Shown here: one piece after another, positions 36,491 through 46,060 of the stretch
Position numbering within the stretch: the stretch's first letter is position 1
Layout: the number at the start of each line of letters is the position of its first letter
Source of the DNA: an uncultured Candidatus Saccharibacteria bacterium
GTDB lineage: Bacteria > Patescibacteriota > Minisyncoccia > Portnoybacterales > UBA2143
Direction: 5' to 3'
Assembly: GCA_964596615.1 (NCBI GenBank)
Contig: CAZQUN010000002.1
Coordinates: forward strand, 11,332 to 75,331
Length of the DNA stretch: 64,000 nt
Notes under the pieces: model-generated
What the model was told of the DNA's origin: nothing
Databases searched by the model: none
What the model saw: the letters and a program-made list of their open reading frames with translations, nothing else
Translations under genes and position numbers: made by a program

Positions 36491-37558
36491 TTATCTTCTT
36501 TCTTCTAATTTTATTGTCGTTACGCCAATTTTATCTGCTCTCAGGATTTTAACTTCAATCAAATTACCGGGTTTGGCCTTATGAATCAAATCCTGTAAAG
36601 GATTTTTCTCTGTTATTTTAGTTTTATTAAACTCCAGAATGATATCATGTTCGGTTAGTTTGGCCTTGGCAGCCGGGCTGCCGGGAACAACAGCCGATTC
36701 GCCCGAACCGGGCTCGCGGATAATTAGAGCGCCATGATCAACTGGCAGGCGAATATTGAATCTTTGGGCAAATTCTTCCTGAAGGGCTTTGTTGATCATG
36801 ATATATCTGACACCGAGAAAAGGTTGAATAATCCGACCGTGTTTTTTCAAATCATCTAAATCTTTCTTAGTATTATTAATCGGAATAGCAAAGCCAATAT
36901 TTTGAGCACCATGAACAACAGCAGTGTTAATAGCAATGACTTTTCCATCAAAACCAACCAAAGGACCGCCGGAATTACCTGGATTAATAGCGGCATCAGT
37001 CTGAACCAATCCCTTTAACTGGGCAATATGGCCGGAAAGGCCATCCTGGGCGGTGATAAACCGACTTAAACCGGAAACAACTCCGGTTGAAACAGTATTG
37101 CTAAAAGTGCCTAGAGCGTTGCCAATGGCAATAACGCTCTGACCCAATTCAATATTATCAGAATTGCCTAATTCTAAAATCGGGAATTTTTTTCCCTTGG
37201 TATCTTTGAGTTTAAGAATAGCAATATCATTAACTGGATCGCGAGCCAGAACCTCGGCCTGGTGTTCTTTTTCATCGGTGGTGACGATTGTGTAATCAAC
37301 ATCAGGAGAGATAACAACGTGGCGGTTAGTTATGATAATGCCTTCTGAGGAAACAAAAAAACCGCTACCTCCGCCAAGTTTGACTTTTTGACGTCCTTCT
37401 TTCCGGTAACGGATGACTGGTGGTCCATGGGGATCCATAAATTCATCCAACGGCTGAACAAAATCTCTTCTGATTTTTGGCAGATTTTTGCTGATGGTAA
37501 TACTGACGACCGCCGGACTAATTTTTTTAATAACTTCAACAATGGGTGACTTGGTCAT
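36491..37558 (-). CDS. htrA: HtrA/DegP-family serine protease with PDZ domain
   Basis: Trypsin-like HD...GNSGGPLV catalytic triad region plus a C-terminal PDZ. Confidence 0.85.
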   Translation of the reverse strand: MTKSPIVEVIKKISPAVVSITISKNLPKIRRDFVQPLDEFMDPHGPPVIRYRKEGRQKVKLGGGSGFFVSSEGIIITNRHVVISPDVDYTIVTTDEKEHQAEVLARDPVNDIAILKLKDTKGKKFPILELGNSDNIELGQSVIAIGNALGTFSNTVSTGVVSGLSRFITAQDGLSGHIAQLKGLVQTDAAINPGNSGGPLVGFDGKVIAINTAVVHGAQNIGFAIPINNTKKDLDDLKKHGRIIQPFLGVRYIMINKALQEEFAQRFNIRLPVDHGALIIREPGSGESAVVPGSPAAKAKLTEHDIILEFNKTKITEKNPLQDLIHKAKPGNLIEVKILRADKIGVTTIKLEERR

Positions 37559-37644
37559 AGTTTTAAATTAAGTTACTTTTCATCCAGTATATTCCATTGA
37601 CTCGGTTAAGTCAATAAGATATATTGGATAAGTAGGATAGACCT

Positions 37645-37718
37645 GCCCTCGTAGCTCAGATGGATAGAGCAACGCACTCCTAACGCGTAGGTCGCAGGTT
37701 CGAATCCTGCCGAGGGTA
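37645..37718 (+). tRNA. tRNA-Arg (anticodon CCT)
   Basis: GCCCTCG acceptor, anticodon loop CTCCTAA, T-loop TTCGAAT. Confidence 0.8.
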
Positions 37719-37725
37719 CTATCGG

Positions 37726-37799
37726 GGGCCGTTAGCTCAGTCGGTTAGAGCGCATGCATGGCATGCATGAGGCCGCCGGTTCGAATCCGGCACGGTCCA
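37726..37799 (+). tRNA. tRNA-Ala (anticodon GGC)
   Basis: Acceptor GGGCCGT/ACGGTCC with the G3:U70 Ala identity pair; anticodon loop ATGGCAT. Confidence 0.75.
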
Positions 37800-37814
37800 C
37801 ACAATTGAATATAT

Positions 37815-37889
37815 GCCGAGGTAGCTCAGGGGTAGAGCGTCTCTCTGAAAAAGAGAAAGTCGGCGGTTCGACTCCGCCCCTCGGCACCA
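37815..37889 (+). tRNA. tRNA-Phe (anticodon GAA), CCA encoded
   Basis: Anticodon stem TCTCT/AGAGA, loop CTGAAAA, ends ...CCTCGGCACCA. Confidence 0.85.
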
Positions 37890-37890
37890 A

Positions 37891-37965
37891 GCGGGTATCG
37901 TATAGTGGTTATTACATCTGGTTGCCAATCAGATAACACGGGTTCGACTCCCGTTACCCGCTCCA
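37891..37965 (+). tRNA. tRNA-Gly (anticodon GCC), CCA encoded
   Basis: Anticodon stem TCTGG/TCAGA, loop TTGCCAA, discriminator U73, CCA. Confidence 0.8.
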
Positions 37966-38092
37966 AAAACGGCTTAAATCAGCCAAAAACACTTAAATCC
38001 CAGAATAGGCCAAAAACCTTGACAAATCGGTTTGTATATGATAGTATATAGGAAATTCCCGAAAGGGGATTTTTTAATTTCTCTAAAAACTT

Positions 38093-38572
38093 ATGTATAC
38101 AAGCCACAAGGTTTCAGCTTCTTTCGCCTTGGTTAACTTACTTTCCAACCTTTTTCTTTCGCAATTTGGTTTAGGAGATGTTAGTTTAACCGAGGAAAAT
38201 GAGTTGTCTCTTGATAAGTTGGTCACTCTCCAAGGCCAGGCCTTGGTTCAGTCAGCTAGTCCGGATACGCCAGTAGTAATTTCTCAGAGATGGGTTACTG
38301 TTACGGCTTATTCTTCTACGCCTGACCAGACCGACTCAACTCCGTTTATCACCGCTTCAGGAACAGATGTTCGTGACGGTGTCGTAGCTTGTAACTTCTT
38401 AAGATTTGGTACCAGAGTCCGATTTCCTCACCTTTACGGAGATAAGATTTTCGTAGTTGAGGACAGAATGGCTCTTAAAAACAGCCATAAAGTCGACATC
38501 TGGTTCTCATCTCGAAGCCAAGCTAAAGAATTCGGAGTTAAGACACTTAAAGTAGAGGTTCTAGAAACCTAA
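38093..38572 (+). CDS. 3D-domain (MltA-like / YabE-type) cell-wall-associated protein
   Basis: WVTVTAYSSTPDQTDSTPFITASGT...VVACNFLRFGTRVRFPH...VVEDRMALKNSHKVDIWF resembles the 3D-domain consensus. Confidence 0.5.
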   Translation: MYTSHKVSASFALVNLLSNLFLSQFGLGDVSLTEENELSLDKLVTLQGQALVQSASPDTPVVISQRWVTVTAYSSTPDQTDSTPFITASGTDVRDGVVACNFLRFGTRVRFPHLYGDKIFVVEDRMALKNSHKVDIWFSSRSQAKEFGVKTLKVEVLET

Positions 38573-38573
38573 A

Positions 38574-38604
38574 GAGACCCCGTTATCCGGGGTCTCTTTG
38601 TTTT
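38574..38604 (+). terminator. intrinsic terminator
   Basis: AGAGACCCCGTTATCCGGGGTCTCT followed by TTGTTTTGT. Confidence 0.65.
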
Positions 38605-38605
38605 G

Positions 38606-38688
38606 TGCCGCGGGTGGGACTCGAACCCACATGGACAAAATCCACAGAATTTTAAGTTCTGCGCGTAAGCCAATTCCGCCACCGCGGC
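38606..38688 (-). tRNA. tRNA-Leu (anticodon TAA), type II
   Basis: Anticodon stem CAGAA/TTCTG, loop CTTAAAA, long variable arm, T-loop TTCGAGT. Confidence 0.8.
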
Positions 38689-38695
38689 ATTCTTG

Positions 38696-38767
38696 AGGCC
38701 AGGAGGGGAATTGCACCCCTGTAGACGGTTTTGCAGACCGTTTCCTAAACTACTCGGACACCTGGCC
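38696..38767 (-). tRNA. tRNA-Cys (anticodon GCA) with an atypical T-loop
   Basis: Acceptor GGCCAGG/CCTGGCC, anticodon loop CTGCAAA, T-arm AGGGG-TGCAATT-CCCCT (G at the position normally occupied by U55). Confidence 0.6.
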
Positions 38768-39001
38768 GTATTTTCTTTTTAATATTTCTTTCTGTTGGCC
38801 GGTTTTCAAAAATCGTTCACGTCTTACCGCATCGCTGCGCGAATTAAATTCTTCTTTATCAAGTAGTTGCCATGGCCTATATGCTTTTGTTGATTTTGCT
38901 TTACCTTTGTTATGTAAGTTAAATCGTCTAACAATATTTTCTGTGCTGCCAACATAAATATCATTGTTTTTTAAACTTCTTAAGATATAAACAAAATACA
39001 T
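38750..39001 (-). CDS. GIY-YIG nuclease-domain protein (small, stand-alone)
   Basis: MYFVYILRSLKNNDIYVGSTENIVRRFNLHN...KAYRPWQLL. The ORF runs through the acceptor stem of tRNA-Cys and stops at a TAG in its D-arm. Confidence 0.7.
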   Translation of the reverse strand: MYFVYILRSLKNNDIYVGSTENIVRRFNLHNKGKAKSTKAYRPWQLLDKEEFNSRSDAVRRERFLKTGQQKEILKRKYGQVSE

Positions 39002-39066
39002 GATTATGTTTTGTGTCCCTTCGGGACATCTCCCGTAGGGAGACAGACCGCTGCCTAACCACTCGG
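39002..39066 (-). pseudogene. truncated tRNA-like 5' fragment (type-II D-arm, Tyr-like up to the anticodon loop) directly abutting the GIY-YIG start codon
   Basis: GGTCTCGTGGCCGAGTGGTTAGGCAGCGGTCTGT, then no complementary anticodon, T or acceptor strands. Confidence 0.45.
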
Positions 39067-39101
39067 CCACGAGACCTTAAATATATTCTACCACACTTTC
39101 C

Positions 39102-39437
39102 CTATTTTTCAACCCTTCTTAAAACTTCTTCTAATTCCTGGGCTTTGACTTCAACCTTATCGATTTCAAAAATCATCTTAGGAACCGGCTTCATATGGAG
39201 TTTCTTATTCAATTCCTGCTGAAGGTCAAAAATATTTCTTTGAATAATTTTCATTACCTCTTCGCCCTTGTCCGTCGGCATGAGAGTAATTTTAATTTTC
39301 GCCTGTCTTAAATCAGGCGAAGTATCAACGTTAGTAATCGTGACCAAAACATTACTAAAATCAACTTCTTTTAAAAGTAATTGGCTGATTTCATGACGAA
39401 GAAGTTGATTAACTTTTTCAATCCTTAAGGATGTCAC
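39102..39437 (-). CDS. rbfA: ribosome-binding factor A
   Basis: MTSLRIEKVNQLLRHEISQLL consensus; conserved infB-rbfA order. Confidence 0.85.
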   Translation of the reverse strand: MTSLRIEKVNQLLRHEISQLLLKEVDFSNVLVTITNVDTSPDLRQAKIKITLMPTDKGEEVMKIIQRNIFDLQQELNKKLHMKPVPKMIFEIDKVEVKAQELEEVLRRVEK

Positions 39438-40987
39438 AATTCTCTTTTTTTCCTTTCCTCCTCGTAAAATTCCAAAGTATCTCCTTTTTCAATACTGGTT
39501 GTTCCTTTGACCAAAAGACCGGCTTCCTGGTCCTTATTAACCTCGTCAGCCTCTTTTTTGTTCTTCTGAAGTTGGGCAACTGTTCCTTGGCTGATTTTTT
39601 CTCCATTTCGAAGAATATCAACCGGGAGTCCTTTTCTGATTACTCCCTTGGTTACCCGGCCGCCAACAATCTGGCGGTCTTTTTCTGTCCGGAAAACTGC
39701 CAGAATTTTCAACTGACCCATGAAATTTTTAACTATTTCCGGTTTTAATAGTTTAGAAAGCAGTTCTCTGATTCCCTGGATAAGTTCATAGATAATGTCA
39801 AAAGTCATAATTCTGACTTTTTTCTGTTCGGCCAATCTTTCTATTGAAGAACTGGCTTTAATTCTAAAGCCAACTATTTTAGCACGGGCTGATTCAGCCA
39901 ATTTAATATCTTTCTCTGTTACTTCGCCAACTTCGCTTTTCAGAATTCTTAAAACTACTTCATCAGAAGGAATGCTTTTCAAAGATTCCTTGATTGCTTC
40001 CAAAGAGCCCTGAACATCAGCTTTTAGAATAATATTCAAAACCTTTTTATCCGGTTCAACCATAAGGACTTCCCGCGAATCGCCGCCTAAAACATCCCTT
40101 TTAGCAGTTTTTCTTTCAACTCTTTTCTGGGCTTGCTCCATGCTTTCAAAGGCGTAGAATTTTTCTCCAACCTGGGGAACCTGATTTAGACCAGTGATAA
40201 TAACCGGAGTTGAAGGAGGGGCTTCTTTAACTATCTTCATCTGAAAATTTTCCATGGTTTTAATTTTTCCCATTGAAGAATCAGTTCCAATAATATCCTT
40301 GTTATCCAAGGTCCCATCTTTGACTAAAAGGGTCGCCGTTGCTCCTCTTTTGTTGTCCTGACGCGATTCAATTATGACCCCTAATGCTCTTTGGTCTGGC
40401 TGGCCTTTTAACTCTTCCATTTCAGAGACCAGATTAATCATTTCCAAAAGATCGTCGATGCCTTGACCGGTTTTAGCTGAGACATTAACCGAAGGAATTT
40501 GACCATTGAGTGATTCAACCAAAACATCATTTTCTGATAATTCTCTTTTAACTTTATCCGGTTGGGCTTCTTTTTTATCAACCTTGTTTATCGCAACAAT
40601 CATTGGAATACCGGTCTTTTTAATATGGGCGATGGCTTCTTTAGTCTGGGGTTTTAATCCTTCTTCAGCTGCAACAACCAGGATAGCAATATCAGCTACT
40701 TTGGCTCCTCTCGAACGCATAGCAGAAAAGGCCTCATGACCAGGGGTGTCAATAAAGGTTATTTTCTTGCCAGCATGCTCTATTTGATAAGCGCCGATAT
40801 GCTGGGTAATGCCGCCGGTTTCTTTTTCAGCTACCTGGCTTTTTCTGATGTAATCAAGAATACTTGTTTTTCCATGATCAACATGGCCTAAAATAACCAC
40901 GACGGGTGGTCTGATTTCGCCAATATTCTTTTTTAATTCTTTCTTGGGCATGGAAATATGTTCCTCATTATATCTTAATACTGGCAT
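39434..40987 (-). CDS. infB: translation initiation factor IF-2 (short form, G-domain onward)
   Basis: ILGHVDHGKTSILD G1 motif, DTPGH, NKVD; 517 aa. Confidence 0.9.
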   Translation of the reverse strand: MPVLRYNEEHISMPKKELKKNIGEIRPPVVVILGHVDHGKTSILDYIRKSQVAEKETGGITQHIGAYQIEHAGKKITFIDTPGHEAFSAMRSRGAKVADIAILVVAAEEGLKPQTKEAIAHIKKTGIPMIVAINKVDKKEAQPDKVKRELSENDVLVESLNGQIPSVNVSAKTGQGIDDLLEMINLVSEMEELKGQPDQRALGVIIESRQDNKRGATATLLVKDGTLDNKDIIGTDSSMGKIKTMENFQMKIVKEAPPSTPVIITGLNQVPQVGEKFYAFESMEQAQKRVERKTAKRDVLGGDSREVLMVEPDKKVLNIILKADVQGSLEAIKESLKSIPSDEVVLRILKSEVGEVTEKDIKLAESARAKIVGFRIKASSSIERLAEQKKVRIMTFDIIYELIQGIRELLSKLLKPEIVKNFMGQLKILAVFRTEKDRQIVGGRVTKGVIRKGLPVDILRNGEKISQGTVAQLQKNKKEADEVNKDQEAGLLVKGTTSIEKGDTLEFYEEERKKREL

Positions 40988-41143
40988 AAACTCAATGCTT
41001 TAGGCAAAAAGCAGGGTTTCTCCTTGTCAGATCTAAAAACCGGGTGGTATAATTGGAGATATGGGTAATGAGTTCGTCTAGAACTTGTTATGTGAAATTT
41101 AGTTCTTAAACAAAATATTTTAATAGGCGTGAAGGGGGAGATT

Positions 41144-41314
41144 ATGCATATCTTTTGCTTGATAATGATTATTTATGTTTGCATTGCATCTTTTGTGTTA
41201 AATTCGGATCGTCTATTAATTATTTTAATAGCAATCCCAACAATTATTTTTATTGTCATTGCAGTCATTATCGACTGCATTGTAAAGAACAAAAAAGGTC
41301 AACCAGAAAATTAA
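41144..41314 (+). CDS. small membrane protein
   Basis: RBS GAAGGGGGAG; two TM helices. Confidence 0.35.
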   Translation: MHIFCLIMIIYVCIASFVLNSDRLLIILIAIPTIIFIVIAVIIDCIVKNKKGQPEN

Positions 41315-41404
41315 TGGGGATAGAAACGCCTACTATCCCCTGTCTATTAAAGTATTTTATTTATCAGCTGGCAGCCCGATTTTTATATAGAAGTAGCAAT
41401 TATC

Positions 41405-41995
41405 ATGTTATTATATCTGACATCATTAACTTCTAAGTCAATAGATAAAATTGACTTCAGGGACAAGAAAAAAGTTGCATTCATTGCAACTGCTGCTGAT
41501 ATTTATGACAACAAATCCTTTGTTGAGAATGATAGACAAGCATTATTAAGCAAAGGCCTTGAGATCCATGATGTTGATATAAAGGATTATTTAGGAGATG
41601 AATTATATAATGTATTAAAAAAGTTTGAGATATTGTTCTTTTCAGGTGGTTGTGCTCACTATCTATTACTCAAGATGAAAACGTCTGGTTTTAACACTAT
41701 TATCCGTCAGCTTTTAGATGAGGGCCTCATCTATATCGGATCAAGTGCTGGATCTGTTGTTTTATGTCCAAGCATAGATTTTATCAAACCGATGGATCAC
41801 ATGCATATATATGTCCCCGATCTGACTGATTTTTCTGGATTAAACATTGTTAACTTCTACATGCTGCCTCATTATGGAAGGGAGAAATATGCTGCTGTGT
41901 GTGATCAAATTCTTAAGAACAAAGACCTACGCATCGTCGCAGTAAAAGATGATGAAGTCGTTATTATAAACAATGATAGATGGGAAAAAGTTTAG
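41405..41995 (+). CDS. peptidase S51 (dipeptidase E)-like protein
   Basis: KKVAFIATAA...FFSGG...IGSSAGSVVL pattern of the S51 family (catalytic Ser in GSSAG). Confidence 0.55.
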   Translation: MLLYLTSLTSKSIDKIDFRDKKKVAFIATAADIYDNKSFVENDRQALLSKGLEIHDVDIKDYLGDELYNVLKKFEILFFSGGCAHYLLLKMKTSGFNTIIRQLLDEGLIYIGSSAGSVVLCPSIDFIKPMDHMHIYVPDLTDFSGLNIVNFYMLPHYGREKYAAVCDQILKNKDLRIVAVKDDEVVIINNDRWEKV

Positions 41996-42036
41996 GTCTT
42001 CCGGATCGCTCAATAGTAACTAAGTTGAAAAATAAT

Positions 42037-42519
42037 ATGATTTATAGTATTGCATTAACCTTTAATAAAGAAACAGGTAATCAAATCAAAGATTTTTATA
42101 ATAAGATAAAGGATAATTTGGATCTTGAATTCGGTTTAGAGGAAAATTCTATTCCGCATATTACCATTATTAAATTTGAATCTCAATCCGAGTTAACGAA
42201 AAATGAATTAGGTAAGATTTCAGATAGTTTAGAGCTTGATATAAATATTGATTTTTCTGGAATCACATTATTGCCATCTCATTCAGAGGGTCATTGGATT
42301 GAACTGTCTGTGTTGAAAAATAGACAATTAGTTAAAATCCAAAACGAATTAATCACAAGATTAAAGAATTATAAAATTTTAAGCGGAATTGGAGATAGAT
42401 TTAGACCTCACATAACTTTTGCCAAAACTAAAAATGGCAAAATTAATTTAGAAAATTTAGATTATTCGATATTGAGAAAAAAGCAGGTTAAAGTAAAAAT
42501 TGTTATACAGAAACTATAA
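42037..42519 (+). CDS. 2H phosphoesterase superfamily protein (LigT/ThpR-like 2'-5' RNA ligase family)
   Basis: Two H-x-T-x motifs: PHITIIKF and PHITFAKT. Confidence 0.6.
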   Translation: MIYSIALTFNKETGNQIKDFYNKIKDNLDLEFGLEENSIPHITIIKFESQSELTKNELGKISDSLELDINIDFSGITLLPSHSEGHWIELSVLKNRQLVKIQNELITRLKNYKILSGIGDRFRPHITFAKTKNGKINLENLDYSILRKKQVKVKIVIQKL

Positions 42520-42575
42520 GGTCTATACAAGGTTACAAGGGTACGCCTTGCAGACACCACCTTTGTAAGAAAAAT

Positions 42576-43136
42576 ATGTCTAAAAAAATTCTATTGTTCA
42601 TTCTAGGATTATTTTTGTTGTTCCAAATGTATTATTATATAGATTTACCAGGAGGAAGGAATTTAAATAAAGACGAAATCAGTTTTTTAAAAGAAGTCTT
42701 TTCTGATGAGATAGAATACGGAGATATTAAAATTTATAACAGGAAGTTTTTTCCAAATTTTATCCAAAATGATTATACTGCGATTGCTCCGAATGGAAAC
42801 ATATATTTCCCTAAAAATTTAGATGTCCATGATTTCTCTGTAATGGATATTGAGGACAGGGCCTGGTTAGTTCATGAGGTTGGACATGTTTATCAATATC
42901 AAAACCAGGGGCAACTTATTATGACTTGGAAAGCAGTTAAGTTATGGTTAATTGATAAGAAGATAAGGGGGCTAGATGTTTATGCCTATGAAATAGAAAG
43001 TGGCAATGAATTGGATGATTATAATATAGAACAGCAGGGAGATATTTTTAGGGATTACTTTTTATTTTTACAAAAACAAAAAGCAATTTCTGGAGAAGAA
43101 GAAAAAATATACAGAGAGATTATAAATAGCTTGTAA
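42576..43136 (+). CDS. hypothetical secreted/membrane-anchored protein with HExxH motif (DUF4157-like putative metallopeptidase)
   Basis: N-terminal TM; LVHEVGHVYQY. Confidence 0.4.
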   Translation: MSKKILLFILGLFLLFQMYYYIDLPGGRNLNKDEISFLKEVFSDEIEYGDIKIYNRKFFPNFIQNDYTAIAPNGNIYFPKNLDVHDFSVMDIEDRAWLVHEVGHVYQYQNQGQLIMTWKAVKLWLIDKKIRGLDVYAYEIESGNELDDYNIEQQGDIFRDYFLFLQKQKAISGEEEKIYREIINSL

Positions 43137-43152
43137 ATTAAAATAGACAAAC

Positions 43153-43180
43153 AAAAAACCGGAAAACTCCGGATTTTTTA
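43153..43180. terminator. bidirectional intrinsic terminator
   Basis: AAAAAACCGGAAAACTCCGGATTTTTT. Confidence 0.65.
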
Positions 43181-43197
43181 ATTCTTCCCTTTTAAGA

Positions 43198-43683
43198 TTA
43201 GATTCGTTTTCCTGCTTTTTTAATCGCTTCTAATTCTTCTTTAGATAATTGATACTGGGACTTTCCTTTTTTAATCGGTTTAGCATAAATTCTTGTTCCC
43301 TGGCGGGTGAATAAACTGGAAATAACCAAACCATTATTATTTGAATCAAGGAGGGCAATGCAAAAGCTTTGGTCTCCGCCGGTTTCCTTAAAAGGATTAA
43401 ACCGGATAACGCCAACCCGCTGAATGCTCTTTGAAGCCATTTTTTCCAGATATTCTGATAATTTAAAAATATCTTTAATATTACCTTCTGCTTTTTTTAA
43501 TCTTCTAATTTCTTCGAATAAAACTCCTTCTAAGTCTGTTGCTTTCTTGCCATTGAAAAAGATTTTAAGTTTTTTCCTTATTTGTATCAGCCGGAAATGA
43601 AGAAAAATATTCCAGATAACAAGAATTGCCAATCCGGCCAGGAAAATAAAGAAGATTGGGTTTTGGTTTAAAATATTAGACAT
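43198..43683 (-). CDS. hypothetical membrane-anchored protein (161 aa)
   Basis: N-terminal TM; ORF only. Confidence 0.35.
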   Translation of the reverse strand: MSNILNQNPIFFIFLAGLAILVIWNIFLHFRLIQIRKKLKIFFNGKKATDLEGVLFEEIRRLKKAEGNIKDIFKLSEYLEKMASKSIQRVGVIRFNPFKETGGDQSFCIALLDSNNNGLVISSLFTRQGTRIYAKPIKKGKSQYQLSKEELEAIKKAGKRI

Positions 43684-43755
43684 ATTATCCTTTATAACAG
43701 AATGTTTTTAGAAAAATGGTGAGATGGAATTCGTAAACCCCATCTCACATGTAGT

Positions 43756-45234
43756 TTAGTCTGAACTAATCTTTTCAGCGATTTTTCTGAAGTGCCACCC
43801 AAAGATAGCCATTTCGATTGCTTTGTGGAGCAATTTAGGTTTTGTGAAAGAGGTTTTTAATAAGAGCTTCCAGAAATATGGACTTGACCTGGAAAATATC
43901 CCAATTAGCCAGACGCTTTTAAAAAATGCCTGTATTTCATTTCTGGAAATCCTTTTTCTCGCTGTCGACTTATAGCTTTTGAAAAACGTGTTTATTCGCT
44001 CATAATAAGCTTTCGGCGAATACAATTCGGCAATCATCTCCTTATACCCCTTAACCAGTACACTCTTCCCCATTTTCGGGATAAAGTTCAGGCAGCCGTC
44101 AGTGTTTTCACCAGTGGTATCATTGGTAAGCCTGCCTTCGACTTGTAGTCGTTGCCACAATCGGGTCTGGGGTAAAGCATCCAGCATTCCCACCATCGCA
44201 GTTACGATTCCGGTGCTTTGAATGAAATCAGTAACTGATTCAAATATATTCCTGTCATCTTGGTCAAATCCGACAATAAAACCACCCATTACCTGCAGGC
44301 CATGTTCCTGAATGATTCTAATGGCATCTTTTAAGTCAATTCCAGTATTTTGTATTTTGCCGCACCCCTTGAGGCTAGCTTCGTTTGGGGATTCGATACC
44401 TACAAACACTTCGCTAAAATTAGCCGCACTCATCAGCCGCATTAAATCTTCGTCTGCGGCTAAGCCTACAGTTGTTTCGGTAAATAGTGGAGATGGACAT
44501 TTGTGTTTTTGTTGACAGTCGATCAGTCGAGGCAACATTTCTTTTACTTTCTTTTTGTTGCCAATGAAATTATCATCAACGAAAAATATCGATCTTTTCC
44601 AACCGGCGTCGTAAAGTGACTGGACTTCGGCTATTATTTGTCCCGGCTCTTTTGTTCTGGATACTCGACCATACATTTTAGTTATGTCGCAGAAATCACA
44701 ATCAAACGGACATCCTCTTGAGTACTGTACTGCCATCGTTGCGTAATCCTTAAAGTTAATCAAAGACCAAAGCGGAACAGGAGTTTTTGTTATATCCGGT
44801 TTTTGGGTAGAAGTGTAAATCTCCTTTAGAGTTCCTCTTTCCAAATCTTTAAGAAACAAAGGCAAAGTAACTTCAGCCTCATTCAGAACAAAGTGATCAA
44901 CTCCCTTAAACTTTTCACAACTAGTTGTGAAAGCAGGACCGCCGGCAACAACTGTTTTTCCAAGCGCTTTGCATCTGTTGATAATTTCTTGGGCGCTGTT
45001 TTTTTGCACCAGCATAGCACTAATGAAAATCATGTCTGCCCATTCAATATCTTCGCCCTTTATATTAGTAACATTGACATCAATCAGCCTTTTGTTCCAT
45101 TCCTCAGGCAGCATAGCGGCGACTGTTAATAAGCCGAGCGGAGGATAAGCCGCCTTTTTTGATATGAACTTCAAGGCGTGCTTAAAACTCCAAAAGGTAT
45201 CTGGATACCCAGGGTACACTAATAGTATTTTCAT
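43756..45234 (-). CDS. B12-binding domain radical SAM protein
   Basis: N-terminal B12-binding fold (KILLVYPGY...), then the CPFDCDFCD radical-SAM cysteine motif; about 490 aa. Confidence 0.8.
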   Translation of the reverse strand: MKILLVYPGYPDTFWSFKHALKFISKKAAYPPLGLLTVAAMLPEEWNKRLIDVNVTNIKGEDIEWADMIFISAMLVQKNSAQEIINRCKALGKTVVAGGPAFTTSCEKFKGVDHFVLNEAEVTLPLFLKDLERGTLKEIYTSTQKPDITKTPVPLWSLINFKDYATMAVQYSRGCPFDCDFCDITKMYGRVSRTKEPGQIIAEVQSLYDAGWKRSIFFVDDNFIGNKKKVKEMLPRLIDCQQKHKCPSPLFTETTVGLAADEDLMRLMSAANFSEVFVGIESPNEASLKGCGKIQNTGIDLKDAIRIIQEHGLQVMGGFIVGFDQDDRNIFESVTDFIQSTGIVTAMVGMLDALPQTRLWQRLQVEGRLTNDTTGENTDGCLNFIPKMGKSVLVKGYKEMIAELYSPKAYYERINTFFKSYKSTARKRISRNEIQAFFKSVWLIGIFSRSSPYFWKLLLKTSFTKPKLLHKAIEMAIFGWHFRKIAEKISSD

Positions 45235-45329
45235 TTTCTCCTCCTTGTCAAGCAAGTTGATTATTTATGTTAAAACCTTTTCCCTTTAAAAACATTTTGT
45301 TAAAGAGCTTTATTTCTGATTTTAATTAT

Positions 45330-45415
<86 letters not shown>

Positions 45416-45417
45416 TT

Positions 45418-46047
45418 TTATATTTTTTTAATTTTTTGGGCAACTTTTTTAACTTGTTTTTTCCAATCATTACCAGTATCTATTTCTGCCAAAAGGGGAA
45501 TACGGAGTTTCCGTAAAATAAATCTGCCGCCTTGTTTATTTTCCCATCGGTAATGATGAGGCGTTCTTCGCCACATTTCCCGGACTGCGATAGTATTGTC
45601 TTTAAACAAATCACGGCTAGGGTTATACTTTGTTTTTACCAGTCGTTCTATCATTACATCTCTGTCAGCGATAGTCCGGATATAGAAAACTTTTGCCTGG
45701 AATTTTTTGGCTTTTTCTTCCAGTTTTTTTCTTTTCTGCGAATCAACGAAATCCGAACATAGAATTACATTACCTTCCTTTTTAAGCACATGCAGGGCGA
45801 CTTTTTCAGAAACGCTTCCGATTTGCTCGTAGCCCTGTTTTTGTTTCCTCAAAGCGACTCGAATCGCATCAGCGACAATAACAGTTGCGTTAATCTGTTT
45901 AGTTAGTTCTCCAGAAACGATAAGTTTTCCAGAGCCGATTAATCCAATCAGAGCAATAACAATTGGTCTTTTTGTTTTTCGTTTGGTAATTCTTAACTGA
46001 CTAATAAATTTGTCAGTTACTTGTTTGATAATTTTTTGTTTTTTCAT
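45418..46047 (-). CDS. P-loop kinase-like protein (AAA_33-like), wedged between two tRNA genes
   Basis: Start at MKKQKIIKQ; Walker A LIGLIGSGK. The longer ORF in the track extends spuriously into tRNA-Val. Confidence 0.5.
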   Translation of the reverse strand: MKKQKIIKQVTDKFISQLRITKRKTKRPIVIALIGLIGSGKLIVSGELTKQINATVIVADAIRVALRKQKQGYEQIGSVSEKVALHVLKKEGNVILCSDFVDSQKRKKLEEKAKKFQAKVFYIRTIADRDVMIERLVKTKYNPSRDLFKDNTIAVREMWRRTPHHYRWENKQGGRFILRKLRIPLLAEIDTGNDWKKQVKKVAQKIKKI

Positions 46048-46060
46048 GTTTTTCCTCTCC

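Noticed and set aside
37737-37936. Two ORFs (37737..37928 minus, 37754..37936 plus) in the ORF track
   Set aside because: They lie entirely within the Arg-Ala-Phe-Gly tRNA cluster, so they are spurious.
39002-39066. Interpretation of the tRNA-like fragments upstream of the GIY-YIG genes as intron-containing or split tRNAs
   Set aside because: The sequence downstream of the fragments is contiguous coding sequence. No 3' exon with a complementary acceptor strand is found beyond the GIY-YIG ORF; what follows is a different, complete tRNA.
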